From assembly GCA_038893355.1 (NCBI GenBank), contig JAWARQ010000008.1, positions 1 to 34,145 on the forward strand: a stretch of DNA of 34,145 nucleotides, written 5' to 3'. The translations under genes were made by a program, and so were the position numbers. The notes under the pieces are model-generated. The model saw only the letters and a program-made list of their open reading frames with translations, did no database searches and was not told the origin of the DNA. Positions within the stretch are counted from its first letter, which is position 1. Every line of letters starts with the position of its first letter. Positions 29,031-34,145 of the stretch are shown piece after piece. The DNA comes from Sulfolobaceae archaeon (GTDB lineage Archaea > Thermoproteota > Thermoprotei_A > Sulfolobales > Sulfolobaceae).

Positions 29031-29966
29031 ATTAGGGCAGCGGTACTTCATGAATTCAAGTCTCCCTTTAAAATTGAAGATGTAGAATTGAAAAACCTGC
29101 AAGGTGTTAAAGTTAGGGTTAAGTATACTGCAATATGTGGTAGGGACGTAGTGATTTGGAAAGGAGGGTTTAGGAACCTTAAATTACCTTTAATTTTAGG
29201 TCATGAAGTTTTTGGGGTTTATCAAGGGAAGCCTGTTGCAATATTCCCAGGGATTTACTGTGGAAAGTGTGAGTACTGCTCTGAGGGTAAGGAAAACCTT
29301 TGCGAGAATTACGTAATCTTAGGCGAAACGGTACCTGGGGGATATGCTGAAGAAGTTTATGTTCCAGAAAGGAATATAATACCTCTCCCTGATGCTGAAA
29401 TAGAGAAATATGCTGCAGCCGTCGAACCTCTAGCTACAATTATTCATGCAGTAAGTTTAACTAATTTAAAAAGAGGTGATAAGGTGCTAGTTACTGGGGC
29501 TAGTGGAGGAGTAGGAATTCATGCAATTGAGTATTTGAAGCTCTTAGGTGCTGAAGTTTATGGACTAACTAGTAAGCCAGAAGTTGTTAAAGAGGCCGGC
29601 GGGATACCAGTTACTAGGGAGGAATTAAAGAATTTAAAATTTGATCATGTGTTTGAAATGGTCGGTTCATTAACTATAAATGATAGTCTTAGGTCTTTAA
29701 AGAAAGAGGGAACTTTAGTGTTAATAGGTAATATCGAGGGCGAACCAATAACATTAACTAGACCAGCGTTAACTATAATGAGGCAACAAAGAATAGTCGG
29801 CTCAGCGGCATATACTCCTAAGGAATTTAAGGTTGCAATAGATTTGGTAGCTTCAGGTAAAATAAAACCCTTCTATAAGATATTCAAATTAGAGGAGATA
29901 AATGAGGCTTATAGGGAGATGATTGAACGAAGACAAATAGGTAGGGTGATTTTAAAAATAGATTAA
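29031..29966 (+). CDS. Zn-dependent MDR oxidoreductase (ADH / enoyl-CoA reductase-like) with anomalous start
   Basis: CGRD, GHE, CGKCEYCSEGKENLC and VTGASGGVG. The conserved MDR N-terminus (I)RAAVLHEFKSPFKIEDVE continues in frame upstream of the ORF-track TTG (29088) to an ATT at 29031. Confidence 0.85.
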   Translation: MRAAVLHEFKSPFKIEDVELKNLQGVKVRVKYTAICGRDVVIWKGGFRNLKLPLILGHEVFGVYQGKPVAIFPGIYCGKCEYCSEGKENLCENYVILGETVPGGYAEEVYVPERNIIPLPDAEIEKYAAAVEPLATIIHAVSLTNLKRGDKVLVTGASGGVGIHAIEYLKLLGAEVYGLTSKPEVVKEAGGIPVTREELKNLKFDHVFEMVGSLTINDSLRSLKKEGTLVLIGNIEGEPITLTRPALTIMRQQRIVGSAAYTPKEFKVAIDLVASGKIKPFYKIFKLEEINEAYREMIERRQIGRVILKID

Positions 29967-29984
29967 ATAAATATTTTTCTATCT

Positions 29985-31181
29985 TTAAACCCTTTCTATA
30001 ACTAGCGCTGCTCCTTGACCCCCGCCTACACAGAGTGTTGCTACTCCTAAATCCTTACCCTCTAATATTAATTGTCTCGCTAACGTTCCTATTAACCTAG
30101 CACCAGTTGCACCTAACGGGTGGCCTATTGCTATCGCTCCGCCCCTCTTATTTACCCTATCCTCTTCGATTTCTAGGTGCTTAATAGCATAAAGTGTTAC
30201 TACTGCAAACGCTTCATTAATCTCCCATAAGTCTATATCCTTTGCTCTTAATCCTGCCTTTTCTAGAGCCTTCTTACTTGCGGGGACTGGACCTTTACCC
30301 ATTACTGCAGGGTGGACTCCGGCAAATCCAATACTTTTAACTCTAGCCATAGGCGTTAGTCCGTACCTCTTTACAGCATCCTTTGACATTAATAGAACGA
30401 ATGCAGCACCAGAATTTAACGGTGCAGAGTTCCCCGCAGTAATAACGCCATTTGGTTTAAATGCAGGTGGCAATTGGGCTAACTTTTCTAATGAAGTATC
30501 AGGCCTTATTGATTGATCATGCTCGACCCTTATCTTTTGACCATCCTTCTCAACTTCTATTGGGATTATTTCTCCCTTGAAATACCCTTCTTGGAGTGCC
30601 TTCCATGCAAGCTGATGGCTTCTTAATGACCATTTATCCATCTCTTCCCTCGTAATTCCAGATTCTTCAGCTAATTTTTCTGCAGTTAAACCCATTACAT
30701 AACCAGTAGCCATATCATATTCTGCAAAAGTAGGGTCTGTCATAAATTTCATATTGGGAATTATGTAGGGATTATTGAACATAGGAGTCTTTGACATCTT
30801 TTCAACACCCCCTGCGAGTACTATATCAGCTACTCCAGTTGCAATCTCCATCGCACCAAATGCGACAGTAGTTATAGAAGATGCGCATTGCCTATCTACA
30901 GCTACTGTTGGTATTTCAACTGGTAATCTAGCCGCAAAAATAGTATGTCTTCCGCCATAATGCCATTGCTCTCCGACTTGTAGTGCTGTACCTACTAATA
31001 TTTCATCTATTTCTTTAGGATTTATACCATTTTTCTCGATTAGTTTTCTAATAACAATTGCATTTAGTTCTTCTGGCCTTAGGTCATAATAAGGATCCTT
31101 TTCTAGTTCCTTTCTAGTAAATCTTGTAAATGGTGTTCTTAAGAAATCTACTATATATACTTCATTAAAACTACTTACCAT
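29985..31181 (-). CDS. Thiolase (acetyl-CoA C-acyltransferase)
   Basis: VDRQCASS (nucleophilic Cys), TAGNS, EINEAF, GHPLGATG and LCVGGGQG. ATG at 31181 is preferred. Confidence 0.95.
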   Translation of the reverse strand: MVSSFNEVYIVDFLRTPFTRFTRKELEKDPYYDLRPEELNAIVIRKLIEKNGINPKEIDEILVGTALQVGEQWHYGGRHTIFAARLPVEIPTVAVDRQCASSITTVAFGAMEIATGVADIVLAGGVEKMSKTPMFNNPYIIPNMKFMTDPTFAEYDMATGYVMGLTAEKLAEESGITREEMDKWSLRSHQLAWKALQEGYFKGEIIPIEVEKDGQKIRVEHDQSIRPDTSLEKLAQLPPAFKPNGVITAGNSAPLNSGAAFVLLMSKDAVKRYGLTPMARVKSIGFAGVHPAVMGKGPVPASKKALEKAGLRAKDIDLWEINEAFAVVTLYAIKHLEIEEDRVNKRGGAIAIGHPLGATGARLIGTLARQLILEGKDLGVATLCVGGGQGAALVIERV

Positions 31182-31322
31182 GAGTATTATACCAATTTTC
31201 AACTATTTAAACATAGATGCTTAGAGTCAGTTAGGAGACTAATAAGGAGAAGGGGAGATTTCGATATAGTTTTGTGTAGGATAGATTTCAACTTTAAATT
31301 TCAGAACTAGAAGCCTTATTAC

Positions 31323-31760
31323 ATGCATGAACAAGATTTAATAGAGCAGATTTATAGGAACAGTGACCAAGTGTTTAGATATATAGGTGCAAAGATAATC
31401 CTTTTAGAACGTGGTAGAGCAGTAGTGGAGATACCTTATAAACCAGAGTTAACTAGAAGAGGAGGCGTATTACATGGTGGAATTATAATGACTGCAATTG
31501 ACTTTACTGGTGGGCTTGCTGCACTAACAGTGAATGATGGCATAGATCAAGTTACACAAGAGTTAAAAGTTAATTTTTTAGAACCAATGTATAAGGGGCC
31601 ATTTAAAGTTGAGGGAAAGGTAATTAGAAAAGGTAGATCAATAATTGTGGCTGAAGTTGAGTTTAGGGACGCTGAAGGGGTTTTAGGTGCTAAAGGGCTG
31701 GGCTCATGGTATATTTTAAGGGATAAAAAAGTTCAAACAGATGAAAATAATAGTAAATAG
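31323..31760 (+). CDS. PaaI-family hotdog thioesterase
   Basis: [25 protein letters not shown] and VIRKGR. Confidence 0.92.
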   Translation: MHEQDLIEQIYRNSDQVFRYIGAKIILLERGRAVVEIPYKPELTRRGGVLHGGIIMTAIDFTGGLAALTVNDGIDQVTQELKVNFLEPMYKGPFKVEGKVIRKGRSIIVAEVEFRDAEGVLGAKGLGSWYILRDKKVQTDENNSK

Positions 31761-31781
31761 AATTCTTAATAAAAAGGATTT

Positions 31782-33383
31782 TTATTTATTAACCATATCT
31801 CTTAATACCTTTTTATCGATCTTATTAGTAGAAGTCCTAGGCATTTCTTTAATGAATATAAATCTATCTGGAATCCACCACTTCTGAATCTTACCTTGAT
31901 TTACCATATCTTCTAGAAACCTCCTAATTTCATCTTCAGTAACCTCTCCCCTAGGTACTATAAAGGCTACGGGCCTTTCACCCCATTTTTCATGTTTTAC
32001 CCCAACCACAGCCACTTCTCCTACCTTAGGATGTAGTGATATAACGTTCTCTAAGAGTATAGAAGGGATAAATTCCCCACCACTCTTTATTGCATCCTTT
32101 GCCCTATCAACTATTCGGATATAGCCAAACTGGTCTATAGTCGCTAAATCTCCAGTATGCAACCAATCACCTCTCCATAATTCTTCAGTTTTCTGTGGAT
32201 TCTTATAGTATTCTTTAGTTAACCATGGTGCTCTCACTATAACTTCGCCAATTGTCTTGCCATCCCATGGAACATCATTCCCATTTTCATCCACGACTCT
32301 TAACTCTACTAACGGTATAGGAGTACCTGCAGTTATCTGTTCTTTAAATCTGGTTTCTTCATCTACATTCCATAAGTAACTTGAATGATAGCCTACTGTA
32401 AGGACTGGGCAAGTTTCAGATAATCCGTAACCTCCCACGACGGTTATTCCCATTTTTCTTGCTAAGTTTGCTAAGCCTTCTGGTAGTGCACTCCCCCCTA
32501 TTACAACCTTCCAACCCCTTAAGTATTCTGCATATTCATTAACCTTTGGATGTGTTAATATCATGTATAAGATTGTGGGAACCATTGCTGAATATGTTAC
32601 CTTCTCATTCTTTATTAGTTTCAGGAAGAGTTCTGGATCGTATCTACCCGGTAACACGTACTTACCTCCTAAGAGCATAGTTAAGAATGGATAGCCCCAA
32701 GAATGTACGTGAAATAGTGGTACTAGGATCATTAATACGTCTTTCTGAGATATAGAAAATGGGGGTTGGGAGGCTACTAATGCTGTAGACAGAGTATGTA
32801 AGACTAAATCCCTATGCCTAAATCTGACTCCCTTAGGGTCTCCAGTTGTACCAGAGGTGTAGAATATCGTAGCATAGGAGTCTTCTTTAAGTTCTGGTAA
32901 GGGCTGGATTTCTGAGTTTATTAAATCATCATACTTATAAACCGGACTTAGTGTAGTCTTCGGGATATCTCCACTTTCGCTGTAAATTATCCAGCCTTTT
33001 ATATCCTTTAGATAATCCTTTGCTTTCTCAATTAATGGAACAAATTCATCTCTTATTATAACCCATTTATCCTCTGCATGGATCATTGTCTTAATAATGA
33101 GTTCTGGAGGATATCTTATGTTTACAGTATGAAGAACAGCACCTGCAAGTGGAACTGCATAATAGGATTCCATATATACATAAGTATCCCAATCTATTAC
33201 CCCTACAACATCCCCCTCTTTTACACCTATCTTTCTTAATCCGCTTGCAAATCTTAATACCCTATTGTGAAATTCACGAAAGGTATATCTTAGCTTATCT
33301 CTATAAACAATTTCTTGGTGTGGAAATACTCTTGCACCGTGTTTTAATATCTTGTCCAATGTTAGCTGATAGTTGTAGTACAT
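31782..33383 (-). CDS. Fatty-acid--CoA ligase, close paralog of 22946-24589
   Basis: Same motifs, with long identical peptides (YYNYQLT, LHTVNIRYP, FYTSGTTGDPKG, KSGGEFIPS, GKIQKWWIPD). Confidence 0.93.
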   Translation of the reverse strand: MYYNYQLTLDKILKHGARVFPHQEIVYRDKLRYTFREFHNRVLRFASGLRKIGVKEGDVVGVIDWDTYVYMESYYAVPLAGAVLHTVNIRYPPELIIKTMIHAEDKWVIIRDEFVPLIEKAKDYLKDIKGWIIYSESGDIPKTTLSPVYKYDDLINSEIQPLPELKEDSYATIFYTSGTTGDPKGVRFRHRDLVLHTLSTALVASQPPFSISQKDVLMILVPLFHVHSWGYPFLTMLLGGKYVLPGRYDPELFLKLIKNEKVTYSAMVPTILYMILTHPKVNEYAEYLRGWKVVIGGSALPEGLANLARKMGITVVGGYGLSETCPVLTVGYHSSYLWNVDEETRFKEQITAGTPIPLVELRVVDENGNDVPWDGKTIGEVIVRAPWLTKEYYKNPQKTEELWRGDWLHTGDLATIDQFGYIRIVDRAKDAIKSGGEFIPSILLENVISLHPKVGEVAVVGVKHEKWGERPVAFIVPRGEVTEDEIRRFLEDMVNQGKIQKWWIPDRFIFIKEMPRTSTNKIDKKVLRDMVNK

Positions 33384-33638
33384 GAGGGCTCATTTAGTTA
33401 TAAGCAGAATAAAATTTAAATTTTGCCGTAGTTAAGACGATTTTAGAAATTTGATATATCTATTTCCAGAACGTATTTTTTAATAAAACAATAAATTATT
33501 AAAAATTGTATAATTTTATGATAATATGTTTTTTAAATAAAAACGTATTATATTAAAAGCTTTTTAATTAGAGCCTCTTTACCAATAAACAATTTTAGAG
33601 AAAATTTTAAATTATAAAGTATTTTTATCCTTGGTAAG

Positions 33639-34145
33639 ATGAATAGCCTTAAGAAGATATCATTAAAGTGGGGGTTCAATATTAGTAGAAAAATACTAAT
33701 TTTATCAATTTTTTTAATAATAACAATATCTTTTAGTTTTATAACACAGAGTCAAAATCTATTAGACTACTATATCGTGATTAAATCATATTATGCTAAT
33801 CCATTTAGTATTGATCTATCCTCAATGCCAAAACTTAGTAGTTTACCAATTAATCAATGGATCGTAATCGGCCTTCCGTCTCCAGCAGTAGCAGGAGATG
33901 GTAGCCCTACATTCATCCTAGTAAATAGAGGGACTACTAATAATTTATTAATATATCTTGAGGGAGGAGGAGCATGCTACAGCTATACTACTTGTAATCC
34001 AAATTCTCCACTAAGATCTGTAATAACTCTTCACCCTGCTGTTATCAATCCTAGCACAGATAGAGGAGGAATTTTAGATAAATCAGATCCAAGAAATCCA
34101 TTCCAGAATTGGACAATCATCTATGTACCATATACTACTGGTGAC
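33639..34145 (+). CDS. Pectin acetylesterase/Notum-family hydrolase, partial (runs off the window; not in the ORF track)
   Basis: Manual translation from ATG 33639 is open to the window end. It gives a signal/TM segment, then AGDGSPTFILVNRGTTNNLLIYLEGGGACYSYTTC..GILDKSDPRNPFQNWTIIYVPYTTGD, which are PAE/Notum hallmark motifs. Confidence 0.85.
   Translation, partial: MNSLKKISLKWGFNISRKILILSIFLIITISFSFITQSQNLLDYYIVIKSYYANPFSIDLSSMPKLSSLPINQWIVIGLPSPAVAGDGSPTFILVNRGTTNNLLIYLEGGGACYSYTTCNPNSPLRSVITLHPAVINPSTDRGGILDKSDPRNPFQNWTIIYVPYTTGD

Noticed and set aside
31225-31240. AGTC-N8-GACT dyad between the thiolase and PaaI genes, a possible FadR-like operator
   Set aside because: The arms are only 4 bp and I did not see the dyad repeated in other promoters of the cluster.
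5126-33385. Short antisense ORFs (5126-5311, 6220-6489, 8035-8256, 10129-10338, 10596-10973, 12487-12690, 17674-17898, 18873-19076, 19550-19744, 23974-24201, 25818-26003, 27831-28034, 30775-30960, 33149-33385)
   Set aside because: All lie opposite well-supported genes and show no motifs; they are shadow ORFs.
1-34145. CRISPR array, tRNA or rRNA genes
   Set aside because: No regularly spaced repeat-spacer pattern or long GC-rich structured RNA was seen. The repeats at 11.5-13.2 kb are coding.

Overview
An AT-rich archaeal window, most likely Sulfolobales. This rests on the thermopsin gene, an ISC1173-like IS1 remnant, and leaderless genes with TATA boxes about 25-30 nt upstream. From left to right it holds: (1) a shattered IS1-family transposase; (2) convergent GT4 and GT2 glycosyltransferases; (3) a small redox block (GYD protein, molybdopterin sulfite-oxidase-like protein, Bcp peroxiredoxin) with two C/D-box sRNA candidates that are not in the ORF track; (4) an acetate-type acyl-CoA synthetase; (5) secreted or membrane proteins, including thermopsin and an 808-aa Ser/Asn/Ile-rich beta-solenoid; (6) from about 13.9 kb to the end, a lipid and fatty-acid catabolism region. 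That region has an NRAMP-like transporter divergent from SCP2, an R2-like ligand-binding oxidase (R2lox), a Zn-ADH, an acyl-CoA dehydrogenase and an acyl-CoA ligase. It also has two more ligases, an esterase, an MFS transporter, an MDR oxidoreductase, a thiolase, a PaaI thioesterase and a truncated Notum/pectin-acetylesterase-like gene. The most striking observation is a pair of R2lox-type paralogs. One has all six Mn/Fe ligands plus the Tyr/Val cross-link pair. The other is a full-length ORF that has lost the site-1 ligands (E->K, H->Q) and carries E->D and Y->F changes. This suggests an active/inactive (alpha/beta-like) heteromeric dimetal oxidase feeding lipid catabolism. All family calls come from motif recognition; no database searches were run.
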